64,000 bases of DNA from an uncultured Methanomassiliicoccales archaeon (GCA_963800775.1 CAWDCQ010000019.1:400-64399); one strand, 5' to 3'. Shown: positions 41,034-53,589, counted from the first letter of the stretch. Numbers and translations: made by a program. The notes: a model not told the origin generated them from the letters alone.

Positions 41034-41147
41034 AACGGACTGATCTCAAAACCATTTCTTTCCTCCGTAAGGAGGAACCTTCATTGCGCCCAAGCGCCGT
41101 TCACTGAACTGCGCACATCTTTTCTATGTTCATATGCGCGTCCTTCA

Positions 41148-43800
41148 TCAGTTGCTCATTACCGACGCTCTCGGCCACTTGATAAGCTTCCTGAAGGAAC
41201 TGAGCGCCTGCTCCTTGTCATCGTTCTCGATATATGACTGGGCGACCTGTTCAGCCATTCGCTGAGCCGCACAGGCATATTGACGGAACGTATGATGTCG
41301 ATGCTCTCCTTGTATTCGACCTTGGCCCACTCCCATTCCCCTTTCTTGGCGTAGATGACTCCCCGGTAGAGATGCAGAGTGGACAGCATGAGGAGGTCGT
41401 TCAGCTTCTTGAAGATCGGCGTCGCCGAGGCGACCATTTCCTCGCCCCGGAGCCAGTCGCCCTCATCGATAAGGATCGCGGCAGAATTGGCCAGGGCGAA
41501 ACCGAGCGATTAAGGTCCCCGGCCATGCGGGCCAGCCTGATCGCGGTCTCCTGGTACTTGTTCGCGTCGTCATACTGTTTGACCTGCCTCAGGTCGTTCC
41601 CAGGCTGGTGCTCACCTTCGAGATCATGCTGATGTCGCCGAAGCGCTCTAGTATGCGGAGACTTCCTTCTTCTTGGCGATTGAAAGTTCCCACAGGTGCT
41701 GAGATCAAGCGACCTGGGCGAGCCCGTACATCGATTTCCCATTCCGGTCTCGTCCCCGGGGTCTCCGATAGTGACAGTGATTCAGAGAAGCTCTTGCTGG
41801 CGCTGCCGCCAATCGCCCCGTCCGCTCCCATCACCCAGCTTGAGGCCGTAATAAACGTCCGCCAGCGTTTGCTTCTCGTCCGCCTCTAGCGCCAGGTCCA
41901 GCGCCTAATTCAAGCGAATCGTATGAATCGTCAAGCCTGGACCGCCTCAGGTCTATGGCACCGATCCTCCGGTTCATTTCCGCCATTGAGACGGAGCATC
42001 AACTGGGAACGAGGCCATGCCGATGATCTGGGAGAACCTCTGTATGGCCGCGTCCCAGTCACCCTGTATCTCCATGATCTCGCCCTGGAGGCTGCAGTAT
42101 CTCCATTCGGTCCCTTTCCTCGATTTTCGGGGCGTTGGACAGGCAGCGTCTTCAGCAGAGGACTGAACTGGACCGAGTAGCCGCGGTTGATGATGTCCCT
42201 GCCATTGCCCGCGGCGATATCGATCGCGATGGGATACTCCTTCGCCATAAGGCAATGGTAGAGGGCCTCCACCGACGACGGGGCGGAATTGTCCTAAAGA
42301 TAGAAACGGGCCGCAGCCTTATGGTAGATGTTGCGCTGCCGAGGGGTGAGGTCGGGAATAGACGAACTCCCGCATCAGGTCGTGCATGCCAATCATCCGT
42401 CCCACAGATTCATGAAGGATCGATTTGGCGATCAGGGAGTCGACGGTCTCATAAGAGATCGTGTAGTCGGTGGACTCGAGCTCCACCGCCATCCCGCGGC
42501 TCTCGTTCTGGATCTCCTCTTCCATGCTGAAGAACGCGTCGATCATCACCGGGTAGCGGAAGATGGCGGCTATGCCCATGATCCTCTTCTCGGAGATGTC
42601 CAGCCTGGAGAAGACCTCCTGCTCGATGAACATCCTGATGTTCTTTCCCAGGGCCAGTTTCGGGTCCTCGATGAATTCCAGGAACAGGGGGTGGCCATTG
42701 GTGATGGTGAAGAGCGATTCCAGGTCGGTCTCTGGAAGGGAACGGGTGCGCATCATGCGGAAGCTGCTGTCCCGGTCCAGGCCTTCCATCTGCATTTCTA
42801 GCACGAACCCCCGGTGCACCGCCCCCCGGTCGTAGAATGACTGCATCTCCCTGGCGGAACCGATCATCCAGGTCCCGGGGATGCCTTCTATGGTGGTGAG
42901 CATCGCCCCGAGAAGCTCTTTCACCCCCTTGTCCGCCTTGTGGATGTCATCGAAGATCATGAGGGAGTTCGACCCCCGCATGTCCATCTCTATGATGTGG
43001 CATACCTCCCCCAGCACCGGGTTGTCCGTCTGGGTCAGGTAGTACTCCAGGTTCTTCTTGCCGATCTGGGACAGGAACTCCGAGAGCGGTTTCAGCACAC
43101 CCTTGTAATCCACCCACTCGTGCACCTTGAACCAGAAGACGTTGATCTTGTCCCGGATGTCCTGGGTGAACTTGGCCAGCAGGGTGGTCTTCCCGATCCC
43201 CGGGATCCCGTAGATCATAACCGCTTTGAGCGTCTGCGAGGTCAGGAGGCCCTGCAGCTTCTCCATCTCCTCCTCTCTTCCGAAGAATGTGCGGATCGCC
43301 GGTTTCTTGTCCGAATAGTCGACGAACCTCCGTTCCTCCTTGACCTTTCCCTCATGGAACGAGGCGCAGTCGAACTTGCCCCTGGACACGCCCATGGCCA
43401 GTTCCAAGAGCGAGTAGCGGTTCGGAAGGTACACGCCTATTCGGGCCACCTCTTCGTCGTGGCCCTCCCCGTTAAGGTCGATCACCTCTACAGGTGTGGA
43501 CTCGATCGCGGTCTTGAGCTTCTTGCCTTCCTCGAACCCTTTGAACGATAGGAAATAGACCAGGCGGATCGAGGGAAGGCCCTTGACATGCTTGCTCTGG
43601 GAGTCGACCGTGCCCTCTTTCGTCATCACGGTCATGATCTTGGCCACATTGTTCCGTCCCACCTCGATGCTGGAGGCGATTCCGTCCTGGGTGACCACTT
43701 TAGGTGCGTCGGCGTCCTGACTGAACTTGTGTTGGGCAAGTAGGTGAAGTATCACCCTTTCCCTCACGGTGAGCAATGATTTTCGGGAACCGCGATGCAC
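41148..43800 (-). CDS. STAND-type P-loop NTPase: N-terminal wHTH, central ATPase, C-terminal TPR repeats; the TPR part is heavily frameshifted
   Basis: ORF 42319..43800: LTVRERVILHLL..QDGIASSIEVGRNNVAKIMTVM (wHTH), IYGIPGIGKTTLL (Walker A), SLMIFDDIHKAD (Walker B). Downstream minus-frame pieces (EALYHCLMAKEYPIAIDIAA.., LHLYRGVIYAKKGEWEWAKVEYKESIDI..) are TPR-like. Confidence 0.7.
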
Positions 43801-43937
43801 GGGGGCATCACTCGTTATATAACAATAATAGTTTGCCCTAAATTTGGGCCCCTAGGCAGGGGGAGAAAGGCAATTCAAAAAAAGAGCATGCTCAAATCGG
43901 ATTTATATACGCTCGGAAAGGGTAGCTAGTCAGAATA

Positions 43938-44495
43938 ATGAAGGAGAGTGCACAATTGGCAGTAAATCACGAGACATCACGAATATCACTGCTTGTTGAA
44001 GGTTACCCGAGGTCAGGGTTCAAGGTCTTCTCGAGCTTGTCCAAGGGAAACGCGAACAGCATCTGCATCACCAGGCTTCACCCCGATTACGTGGCCGAGA
44101 AGTTCAACGTCAGGAGCCGCAAGTGCTACTGGCTGAGCGGCTGCAAGGGCAAGGACATCATTTCCCCCAAATCACTCGGTCAGATCGTGAAGATGGTCAA
44201 GACGGACGCCAAGGAAGGCAAGCCGGTCGTGTTCCTGGACGGTCTGGAATACCTCCTGCTGTGGAACGAGATGAACAAGGTCATCTCCACCCTGGACGAG
44301 ATACAGAACATCCTGGCGGCGAACAACGGCACCATGGTCATATGCTTTGACCCGCTGACCCTGGAGCAGAACGACCTCAAGAAGCTTTGGGCGCTGTACC
44401 CGAAGATGGAACCGATCCCCGAGACCGAGCCGGTGGACGCGCATGGCGCAATAAATATAAAGGAACCCGCGTCCGGGACCGGCGCGATCGCCTAG
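43938..44495 (+). CDS. DUF835-family protein (stand-alone)
   Basis: SICITRLHPDYVAEKF..CYWLSG..DIISPKSLGQIVKMVKT..VVFLDGLEYLLLWNEMNKVISTLDEIQNIL..MVICFDPLTLEQNDLKKL. Confidence 0.7.
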   Translation: MKESAQLAVNHETSRISLLVEGYPRSGFKVFSSLSKGNANSICITRLHPDYVAEKFNVRSRKCYWLSGCKGKDIISPKSLGQIVKMVKTDAKEGKPVVFLDGLEYLLLWNEMNKVISTLDEIQNILAANNGTMVICFDPLTLEQNDLKKLWALYPKMEPIPETEPVDAHGAINIKEPASGTGAIA

Positions 44496-44521
44496 GGCGA
44501 TCGTTTCCAGAAATCATCCCA

Positions 44522-45046
44522 TCAGATGATCTCTGCAAACCTTTTCAACCGGGCTATGTCCGAAGGTTCGATGAGGCGTTCATCGATGGGGATGAAAAGG
44601 ACCGTCCTGGTCTCCATCACGATGTCGTTCAATTCCTCGTAGAACACATTCAGCCGGTGGAAGTCGTTGAACAGCGCCAAATATTCCAGTCCGTCGACGA
44701 CCACCACCCCGTTCTTGTGCTCTCTGGCGAACACGGCGATGACGTGCTTCAGCTTGTTCAGGTTGTCGGGCGATATCCTGTCCTCGCCCGCCCTTTCGCC
44801 CAGCCAAATGAACTGCATGTTTCTCAGGGGAAGCCTTCCCGCCATGATGGCCGGATGGTAGCGGGATATGCAGAGAACATCCTTGCCAGCATCCGCCAGC
44901 GACCTGACGATGCTCACTGTCTTTTCCAGACGATCGTCCTTGAGCAGATAGATGCGACCAAAATCAATAACGTGCTCAACGATGCCAGAGCGAACGCTGA
45001 TTGAAGGGAATGCCAGAATTTCCAATTCGGGCCGATACGTTTGCAC
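44522..45046 (-). CDS. DUF835-family protein (stand-alone), convergent with the previous one
   Basis: VLCISRYHPAIMAGRL..FIWLGE..DRISPDNLNKLKHVI..VVVVDGLEYLALFNDFHRLNVFYEELNDIV..LFIPIDERLIEPSDIARL. GTG start at 45046 sits after an AT-rich TTTATTAT element. Confidence 0.7.
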   Translation of the reverse strand: MQTYRPELEILAFPSISVRSGIVEHVIDFGRIYLLKDDRLEKTVSIVRSLADAGKDVLCISRYHPAIMAGRLPLRNMQFIWLGERAGEDRISPDNLNKLKHVIAVFAREHKNGVVVVDGLEYLALFNDFHRLNVFYEELNDIVMETRTVLFIPIDERLIEPSDIARLKRFAEII

Positions 45047-45117
45047 TAGAAGGCACCTTCGGACGACTACGACGATTCTATAATCAAATGTGAGATAATA
45101 AAGCTTCGCCAAAACTC

Positions 45118-46023
45118 CTAGATGCTGAGTGTCTTCTTTCCTTCTGAATCGATGCAGGCTACAGCCATATGGGGCGTGTTGAAAGAGTACGTCCACTCTC
45201 CGTGGCGGTCGATGGCGATGAGGCCTCCCAGGCCGCTGACCCGCTTTTCAAGGTAATCGATCGCCTCCCGGCCGCCCGGTTCATACCGAGCCCCTTTTCC
45301 AGGTTGCTGCATACCCTCCGGGCCAAGCGTGACCTTCATGATCGATTCGCCATAGCCGGTGACGGAAACGCCCGCCGTTTCGTTGTCGGCATAGGTCCCG
45401 CAGCCCACCAGCGGGCTGTCCCCCACCCGGCCCGGTATCTTGCCTGGCGTACCGCCCGTGGAGGTAGCGGCCGCTATGTTGCCCTCTTCGTCCATGGCCA
45501 CCGCTCCGACCGTGCCCATCGGCCTCTTCTGGTCCGGGGGCGCGAACACCGACCTCTGATCGTAGCCTCCTTTCTTCAGCTCGTCCCACCTTTCGATCTC
45601 CCTCTCGGTGAGCAGGTCGGAGGTGGGGACCAGCTCCATGCCGATGGACCGGGCGAAGCCAATCGCCCCCTCTCCGGCCAGCATGCAGTAGCCAGTGTCC
45701 TGCATCACATGGCGGGCCAGTGTTACTGGATGCCGGATGTTCCTCACTGCCGCGACCGACCCGAAACGGAGGTCCTGCCCTTGCATGATCATGGCGTCCA
45801 TCTCCACCTCTCCCACGGCATTGAGGAACGATCCCCTTCCGGCATCGAAAGTGGGATCATCCTCTAGGCTGCGGACCGCGGTCTCGACCGCATCAAGGGA
45901 ACTTCCCCCTGCGGCCAGGACCTGGTGGCCTGCGATCGCCGCCCGGTCGCAGCCCCTGAGGTGGGCGGAATGTTCCTGGTCCGGGATGTCCCATGCCCCT
46001 CCGTGGACGATTATCGCTGCCAT
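45118..46023 (-). CDS. Isoaspartyl peptidase / plant-type L-asparaginase (Ntn hydrolase); local compensating indel pair at ~45265-45335
   Basis: IIVHGGAW, DAGRGS, autoprocessing site MGTVGAVA, GGTPGKIPGRVGDSPLVGCGTYA. Confidence 0.85.
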   Translation of the reverse strand: MAAIIVHGGAWDIPDQEHSAHLRGCDRAAIAGHQVLAAGGSSLDAVETAVRSLEDDPTFDAGRGSFLNAVGEVEMDAMIMQGQDLRFGSVAAVRNIRHPVTLARHVMQDTGYCMLAGEGAIGFARSIGMELVPTSDLLTEREIERWDELKKGGYDQRSVFAPPDQKRPMGTVGAVAMDEEGNIAAATSTGGTPGKIPGRVGDSPLVGCGTYADNETAGVSVTGYGESIMKVTLGPEGMQQPGKGARYEPGGREAIDYLEKRVSGLGGLIAIDRHGEWTYSFNTPHMAVACIDSEGKKTLSI

Positions 46024-46116
46024 TTTCGATCTCTTCCAGATTAGTCAAGCGCAGATATCATTCTTGCCGAAAAAATGGGATTAAGGGGTTTGTAGGGTTT
46101 CCGGTATGCCAACGGA

Positions 46117-47442
46117 TCAGCCGTTGTTGGTCATCTTTCCGCTGTTGTAGTTGGCGTACCCGTTCATGTCCATCAGCCCGTGCCCGGACAGATTGAAGAC
46201 GATGACCTTCTCCTCGTTGTTCTTCTTGGCCTCGAGGGCCAGGTCGATGGCGCACTTCACGGCGTGGTTCGATTCCGGCGCCGGTATTATGCCCTCGGCC
46301 CGGGCGAAGGTGACCCCCGCCTCGAACGTCTCCAGCTGGTCATATGCCCTGGCATCTACCAGTCCGAGATTGGTCATCAGGCTTACGGTGGGCGCCATCC
46401 CATGGTAGCGGAGCCCGCCGGCATGGATCGGGGAAGGCATGAAGTCATGTCCCAGGGTGTACATCTTGAACATCGGGGTCATACCGGCTGTGTCCCCGAA
46501 ATCGTATCGGTATTCGCCACCGGTGAGCGATGGGACCGATTTCGGTTCGCAGGCGATGAACTCGGTCTCGCACTTCTTCTGGATCTTCTGGCCGAGCATC
46601 GGGAAGGCGAACCCGGCGAAGTTGCTTCCACCGCCGACGCATCCGACCATGTAGTCCGGCACGGTGTCGATCTTCTTCAGCTGGGCCATGACCTCTTCGC
46701 CGATCACAGTCTGATGCAGCATGACGTGGTTGGCGACACTTCCCAGGGAGTACTTGGTGTTCTTCGAGGTGACCGCCATCTCGATAGCTTCGGATATGGC
46801 GATGCCCAGCGATCCCTTGTTGTCCGGGTTCGCCTTGAGGCATTCCCGGCCGTAATTGGTCATCGGGCTGGGGGACGCATGCACGGTAGAACCGTAGGTT
46901 TCCATGACATAGCGCCGGTACGGCTTCTGGTCAAAGCTAACCCTGACCATAAAGACCGTGCACTTGAAGTTGAAGAGAGCGCAGGAAAGTGCGAGCGAAG
47001 ATCCCCATTGTCCGGCACCGGTCTCGGTGGTAAGATTCTCGGTGCCCGGCCTTCATGTTGTAGTAGGCCTGAGGGATGGCGGAGTTCGGCTTGTGGCTCC
47101 CGGTGGGGCTGAGGTCCTCGCGCTTGAAATAGATCTTTGCTGGGGTGTTCAGCACGGCCTCCAAGGCGAACAGCCCTTTGTAACGGGCTCGGCCGGCCAA
47201 GCCTGGCGTAGCCAGTCTGACCTCCTCCGGTATGGTGATGTACTTTTCCGTGGAGAGTTCCTGTTCTATTGATGTTCTTGGGGAATATTGCTTCAAGCGC
47301 TCCGGCGGTACTCGGCTTGCCTAGTTTTCGGGTCAGCGGGTGGTGGTATCGGTTCGGGCGAGTCGGCGGCGATGTTATACCATTTCTTGGGGAGTTCTTC
47401 CATTCCCAGATTGATCCTGATATCTTCTGGTTTGAGCGTCAT
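46117..47442 (-). CDS. TrpB2-type tryptophan synthase beta-like PLP enzyme; several frameshifts (~46945, ~47040, ~47296)
   Basis: [27 protein letters not shown].., ..[26 protein letters not shown].., ..[41 protein letters not shown]. Confidence 0.8.
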
Positions 47443-47732
47443 GATCCGGATAATGAAAATGAGGAATATATAACAATGTTGAGTAATAATGTACCAATAT
47501 GTGCATTTATAATACTTGGCGGGACCATATTTCCGCAAGTGGCGATTAAGTTTGACTTCGACAATTGCCATGTCGATTGACTGTAATTCAGGTCAAAATG
47601 AATCGATGCAGATCTGGAAGATTTCGAGATGTTCTAGTGACGATCGACGAGCATAACCAAGTACCGATAGTGTAAATGGCAAGATGTTATATAGCTAAGG
47701 TCAAATGCAACCTGGCCCAAAGGTGGTCATCA

Positions 47733-48452
47733 ATGCCAATCATTCATACCGAGGAAGTCAAAAAGACATATGTCACCGGGAATGTCACGGTGCAAGCGCT
47801 AAAAGGGCTGAGTATTGACATCGAGAAAGGCGAGATGGTCGCGATAATGGGACCATCTGGATGCGGAAAGACGACGCTGCTCAATTGTTTGTCCGGCATT
47901 GACGAAGTGACTGACGGAAAGATCATGATCGATGACAGCGAACTAACATCGATGAATGACGATGAGAAGACCAACTTCCGGGCGAAGAAGATGGGATTCG
48001 TCTTCCAATTCTACAATCTGCTCCCGGTCCTGACCGCCTGCGAGAACGTGGAGCTTCCGCTGCTGATCTGCGGCGAGGACCCGTCATTGGCGAAGAAGAG
48101 GGCCATGGACCTGCTCGAGCTGGTCGGACTGAAGGAGAGGGCCGTCCTAAGGCCTGCGTCCCTGTCCGGCGGAGAGCGACAGCGGGTGACCATCGCCCGG
48201 GCCCTGGCCAACAAGCCGGCCTTGGTGTGGGCCGATGAGCCGACCGGGGACCTGGACAAGAAGACCGCGGACGACATCGTGGCATTGATGCGCCGCTTGA
48301 ACAAGGACATAGGCGAGACGTTCGTCATCGTCACGCATGATCCAGAGGTGGGCGCCAAGTGCGACCGGATCATCCACATGCGCGACGGCCAGGTGATATC
48401 CACGAACGGTCGTGTCGACAGCATCGCGAAAGAGATCAAAGAGATGGGGTGA
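47733..48452 (+). CDS. ABC transporter ATP-binding protein (MacB/LolD-like)
   Basis: [42 protein letters not shown]. Start is MPIIHTEE at 47733. Confidence 0.9.
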   Translation: MPIIHTEEVKKTYVTGNVTVQALKGLSIDIEKGEMVAIMGPSGCGKTTLLNCLSGIDEVTDGKIMIDDSELTSMNDDEKTNFRAKKMGFVFQFYNLLPVLTACENVELPLLICGEDPSLAKKRAMDLLELVGLKERAVLRPASLSGGERQRVTIARALANKPALVWADEPTGDLDKKTADDIVALMRRLNKDIGETFVIVTHDPEVGAKCDRIIHMRDGQVISTNGRVDSIAKEIKEMG

Positions 48453-48612
48453 ACGTTTTGAAGGTCCGCTCCATCTGGTAGCACTGGCATCGGTGATAGT
48501 GCTGATGCTTCCGTTCTTACATACTTCCCACAGCCTATGCGCTGATAATACGGTGGCCCTGATGATCGTCCTGATCCTCATCGACGCCAACGGGAACAGG
48601 ATACTGTTCCGT

Positions 48613-51440
48613 ATGTCCGTCAGTAACATAATACGACGTCCGGGACGACCGCGCTGGTCATCGGCGGACTGATGATCGGGACCGCCATCATCTCGGCCTC
48701 GTTCGTGGTCGGGGACACCATGGACAACATGATCACCGACCAGGTCACCAAGGGTATGGGACAGGTCGATTTCGAACTGCAATCGGTGAACACCGGGACC
48801 ACCTCGTACTACAACGGCTCGGCCCTTTCACCGATGGTCACGAACATCAGCTCCACCCAGCACGTGAGGGCGGTGGACACGCTGATAATTTCTACTGTCT
48901 CTATACGAGATAATCGTACCCAGCTCTTCACGCCGCAGGTCGCGCTCCTCGGCATAGACAGCAAGGGCATCACGGACTTCGGGGGCTTGGTCGATCAGAC
49001 CGGCGCACCGATCAGCGACGCCCCGGCACCCGGGACGATAATAATCAACCAGAAGGCGGCGACGGACCTTGACGCCCGAGAAGGCGACCAGGTCCTGCTG
49101 TTCACCAATGGCCAGCCCATGCCGGTCACGGTGAGCGCCATAGTGACCGCGGACAACTTCGGCGGATTCAACTCCGGATCCAACGTGTTCATGGACCTTG
49201 GGTCCTCTCAGCTCCTGACCGGCCATGTCGGCCAGGTGAACTCGGTCTTCGTCTCCATCGATTCGAAGGGATCCGACGCCTTCGCATATTCCGACCAGGT
49301 CCGCGGCGACATCAAGGGAAGCATAGCCGACCTCATGCCCGGAAGTGGGATGGGCATCCAGCTGGACAAGAAGCAGATGCTTGACGATGGCCGGACCAGC
49401 CTGAGCCAGTTCACGGACATGTTCTTTGTGCTGGGCTCGTTCTCGGTCATTGCCGGATTGCTGCTGATCGTCAACATATTCACGATGCTGGGCGAGGAAG
49501 AGGAAGAGCGAGATGGGGATGTCCCGTGCCATCGGCATGAAGAAGACCCACCTCAGGAAGCTCTTCGTCTACGAAGGCCTGGTGTATGCGTGCGTGGCGG
49601 CCGGGATTGGAATGATCGTCGGCGTGATAATGGCGGACGTCATAATAATCGGGATCTCCGGCATGCCGATGTTCGGGGACGTGAACCTGAGCAATTACTT
49701 CACGTTCTCCTTCTTCTCCCTGGCGATCTCGTTCGCGGCCGGTTTCATGATAACCATCGTGACCGTCTACTTCGTTACCCGCCGGATATCCAACCTGAAC
49801 ATAGTGCGGGCCATCCGGAACATCCCCGAGCCTGCGGTCAAGAAGGAGGACAAGAAGGCCTTCAGAATGGGCTTGGCAACGTTCGGCATCGGCCTGGTCC
49901 TGATGCTGCTGGGCATGAGAGGCAGCAGCTTGGCACTGGCCCTGGGAGGGCTGTCGATCATCGGCATATCCTCCGGACTGCTGCTCCGCCGCTTCATCGG
50001 GGACCGGCCCGCCTGGGTCATCGCCGGTGCGTTCGTCCTGTTCGTCTGGGTGCCGAAGGGGGATTTCAAGATCTTCAACTACCCTTCCGGGATCGAGATG
50101 CTGATCGTATCTGGCATGTTCATGATCGTGGCATGCCTGCTGATCGTGATGTTCAACTCGAAGTTGTTCGTATCCTTCTTCACCACGATCTTCCGTTTCA
50201 AGAACGGATACCGGGCGGTCATCAAGACCTCGATCTCCTATCCGCTGAAGGCCCATTTCCGGACCGGCATCAGCATCTTCATCTTCGCCATAGTGATCTT
50301 CACGATCACCGCCCTGTCGATGATGACCGGCATGCTCGGCATCGGAATAACCAAGATGGTCGACGAGACCTCGGGCGGGTTCGACGTGATCGGCTACAGC
50401 ATGTCGCCGATACCGTACGACCCGTGGCAGCACGTGAACGATACCGCCGGCCCGCTGGCCGCGGAGAACATCTCCGTGATGGAAGCGATGCCGACCACGA
50501 ACGTGAACGTGCACTACATGCGGACGTACGGGAACGGTACCGTGTCCGAGAATTCGTTCACTTATACCGTGATCGGGGTGGGTGCGAACTTCAACCAGCT
50601 GGGGAACTATCCCCTGACCGCTTCAACAATACCGTTTATCCCAACGAGGAGGCGGTGTGGGCGGCGGTCCAGCAGAACAGTTCCCTGGTGATAATGGACG
50701 GTTCGAAGTATCCGTCCACGAGCGGCTTCGGCTTCGGGAACGGGGACAACTACCCGATGGTGATCGGTCAGCAGATCAGCATGGTGTCCTCGGACGGCGG
50801 CGTGAAGAACGCGACGGTGATCGGGTTCATGAAGCAGAGCAACCTCAACGGGGTGTTCATGTCGACATCGTCGTTCGATGACACCTACCACCCGGTCGGC
50901 GTAAGCATGTTCCTGATTACGTTCGCGCCCGGACTGGATGTGGACCATCAGGCGGCACTGTTCAAGCAGGAGTTCGTGGCGTTCGGCGCACAGACCATCG
51001 CCATCAAGACCCTCGCCAAGCAGATAACCGGCACCATCGACAGCTTCATGACGCTGTTCCAGGCGTTCCTCAGCATGGGCCTGGTGATCGGCGTGTCTGG
51101 ACTCGGCATCATCACCATCAGGTCCATGCACGAACGGCGCCTGGAGATTGGTATGATGCGCGCCATGGGCTACACCCGGCGCATGGTCGTGATGAACTTC
51201 GCGATAGAGTCGGCGTTCATCTCTGCCCTTGGGATAGCCATCGGTTCCGGGCTCGGCATCATCGTCGGGTACGACATTTGGGACCTGTTCCTGAGCGGCA
51301 TGGGGATAGATTTCTCCATCGCCTGGGTCCCGATCATCGGGCTCGGCCTGGCAGCGTTCCTGGCCACCGTCCTGTGCGTCATACCGGCGGCCCGCGGGGC
51401 CTCGAAGGTTGCACCAGCCGAGGTGCTCCGTTTCGAGTGA
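48613..51440 (+). CDS. MacB/FtsX-type ABC permease with two FtsX modules; frameshifts at ~48650, ~49500 and ~50615
   Basis: MSVSNIIRRPGR | TALVIGGLMIGTAIISASFV..IVNIFTMLGEE | RKSEMGMSRAIGMKKTHLRKLFVYEGL.. (ORF 49513..50691 frame) ..NFNQLGNYPLT | RFNNTVYPNEE..RRLEIGMMRAMGYTRRMVVMNFAIES.. Confidence 0.8.
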
Positions 51441-51738
51441 CCCGGACAAACCCCTTAATAATCTTTATTTTTTTTAGATAGAGACCGTTCCTTGGAATGG
51501 CTGTTTTTTAGAAAAACTTGTGCCGGCCTCGTCTTTCCTGGGGGAAAGGTGATAATTGGGGGGAGGAGTCGCAATCGACGAAGTCGGCTAGGCAAGAAAG
51601 TTCTTGGCCCTTGATTGGACTTCCTTTCTGATTCATTATCGTTTTACATGGAATATATAACCCGGCCACTGGTTATCACTATTGATTCTGGTAGGGGAGG
51701 GCCGCCCTCATTTCAGGGAAATCGTCATGGAACAAGTA

Positions 51739-53486
51739 TCACACCAATTGACCGCAGGAGGCGCACTCCACGCCCCTTCCGGAGGATGTGTACACCTGCC
51801 CCGGCTTGGTCCCCTCCCGATACACCGTGATACCTTTGCAATGGAGCTGGTACGCCAACAAGTAGATCGAACGGATATCTTCCACGGAACTCGACTCCGG
51901 CAGATTGATGGTCTTCGAGACCGCGTTGTCGACGTACTTCTGGAATATGGATTGCATCCGCACCTGGCGGGATGGTTTGATGTCGTGCGCGGTGACGAAC
52001 ACCTGCCTCAGCTCAGCGGGAATGGCGTCCAAGTCCTGGATGGACCATCTGTCCGCCATCTGCGCCAGGATACTGTCTGCGTCGAGACCGCTTTTCCTGA
52101 TCCGATCGAAAAAGAACTGGTTGGTTTCGTGCAGGGACTCACCGTCAAGCACGTGCTTGTCGTAGGCGAGGGCAAAGAACGGTTCTATGCCCGAGGAGCA
52201 GTTAGCTATCATCGAGATAGTTCCGGTGGGGGCGATGCTGAGCACAGTGGCATTGCGCCGCGGCGAGGCAAAATCGCTGGCCTCGATGTTCGGGAAATCG
52301 CCCCTCTGTTCCCCGATGGACTTCGTCGATTCCTCGGCCTGCTCCCTTATCGTCCTGATGATCGACTCCGCCCATTCCTCTGCGCCCTTCGATCCGTACT
52401 GCAGACCGAGCTTGACCAGCGCATCGGCGAAGCCCATGACCCCGAGGCCGACCTTGCGGTTACCTTTTACGATCAGGTCGATCTGTTTCAGCGGGTACCT
52501 GCTCGCATCTATGACATTGTCCAGGAAACGTATGCCTCCGTCCACGGTGTCCCTGAGCTTGTCCAGGTCCATCTCATACTCTCCCCGCCTCTCCACCAGC
52601 ATCTGGTCGAGATTAACCGAGCCCAGATTGCAGGCCTCGAACGGCAACAGGGGGACCTCCCCGCACGGGTTGGTGGCCTCGATCTCCCCCATCCTGGGCG
52701 TGGGGTTGTTACGGTTGATCTCGTCCAGGAAGATGATGCCCGGGTCGCCTGTGCTCCATGCCAGCGAACATATCTCGTCCATCAGTGAGCCGGCATGGAC
52801 CGTTCCGGAGGCGAGCGAGGTCCTTGGGTTGACAAGTTCCATCTGGCTGCCCTGGGTCGCCCGCTCCATGAAATCGTCGGTCACCCCGACGGAGATGTTG
52901 AAATTGGACAGCGTCTTCAGGTCTGACTTTACCCGCACGAACTCCATTATATCAGGATGGTCCACCCGGAGGATCCCCATGTTGGCTCCGCGTCTGCGCC
53001 CCCCCTGCTTGACCGCGTCGGTGGCGACGTCGAACACCTTCATGAACGAGATCGGTCCCGAGGCGGTGCCGCCGGTCGAGGCCACCCTATCCCCGGCCGG
53101 CCTCAGCCGGGAGAAGGAGAAGCCGGTCCCGCCCCCGGTCTGGTGGATGATGGCGGCGAACTTGACCGCATCGAATATCTGCTCGATGGAATCACCGACC
53201 GGAATGACGAAGCAGGCCGCCAGCTGCTGCATCCTGGTCCCGGCGTTCATGATGGTCGGGGAATTCGGCAGGAACTCCAGGGACCGCATCATCCGGTGGA
53301 ACTCCCTCGCCTCCGTATCCGCGTCACGGTCCCTTTGGAAATGGTCGACCGAGGCGACATTGCGGGCGATACGCTGGAACATCGCATCCGGGCTCTCGAC
53401 GACCTCTCCCAACTCGTTCTTCAGCAGGTATCGCTGGCCAGGACCTTCAGCGCGTTCTCGCTGAGCTTGGGGAACTCCTCGGACAT
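51739..53486 (-). CDS. nrdJ: Class II (adenosylcobalamin-dependent) ribonucleotide reductase; frameshift at ~53432
   Basis: FLPNSPTIMNAG, QTGGGTGFSFSRLRP, ATNPCGEVPL, IAPTGTIS, SKTINLP. The N-terminus MSEEFPKLSENALKVLAS | RYLLKNELGEVVESP is recovered by hand. Confidence 0.9.
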
Positions 53487-53589
53487 CGGAGGTTAACGTT
53501 GTCGCTCAAAGGGCATAAACCTATGGAGAATGCCACCCCGGCGGGAGGATTAAGTACTCTCGCGGCCACTATGGCCATGGGTACCTGGT

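Noticed and set aside
47443-47571. The N-terminal extension of ORF 47293..47571 (MAIVEVKLNRHLRKYGPAKYYKCTYWYIITQHCYIFLIFIIRI) as a leader or TM segment of TrpB2
   Set aside because: It is translation of the AT-rich promoter region. TrpB2 homologues begin near the [13 protein letters not shown] Met at 47442.
48672-51440. The 922-aa ORF as one intact protein
   Set aside because: The middle ~1.1 kb is out of frame. The true FtsX sequence there is in ORF 49513..50691.
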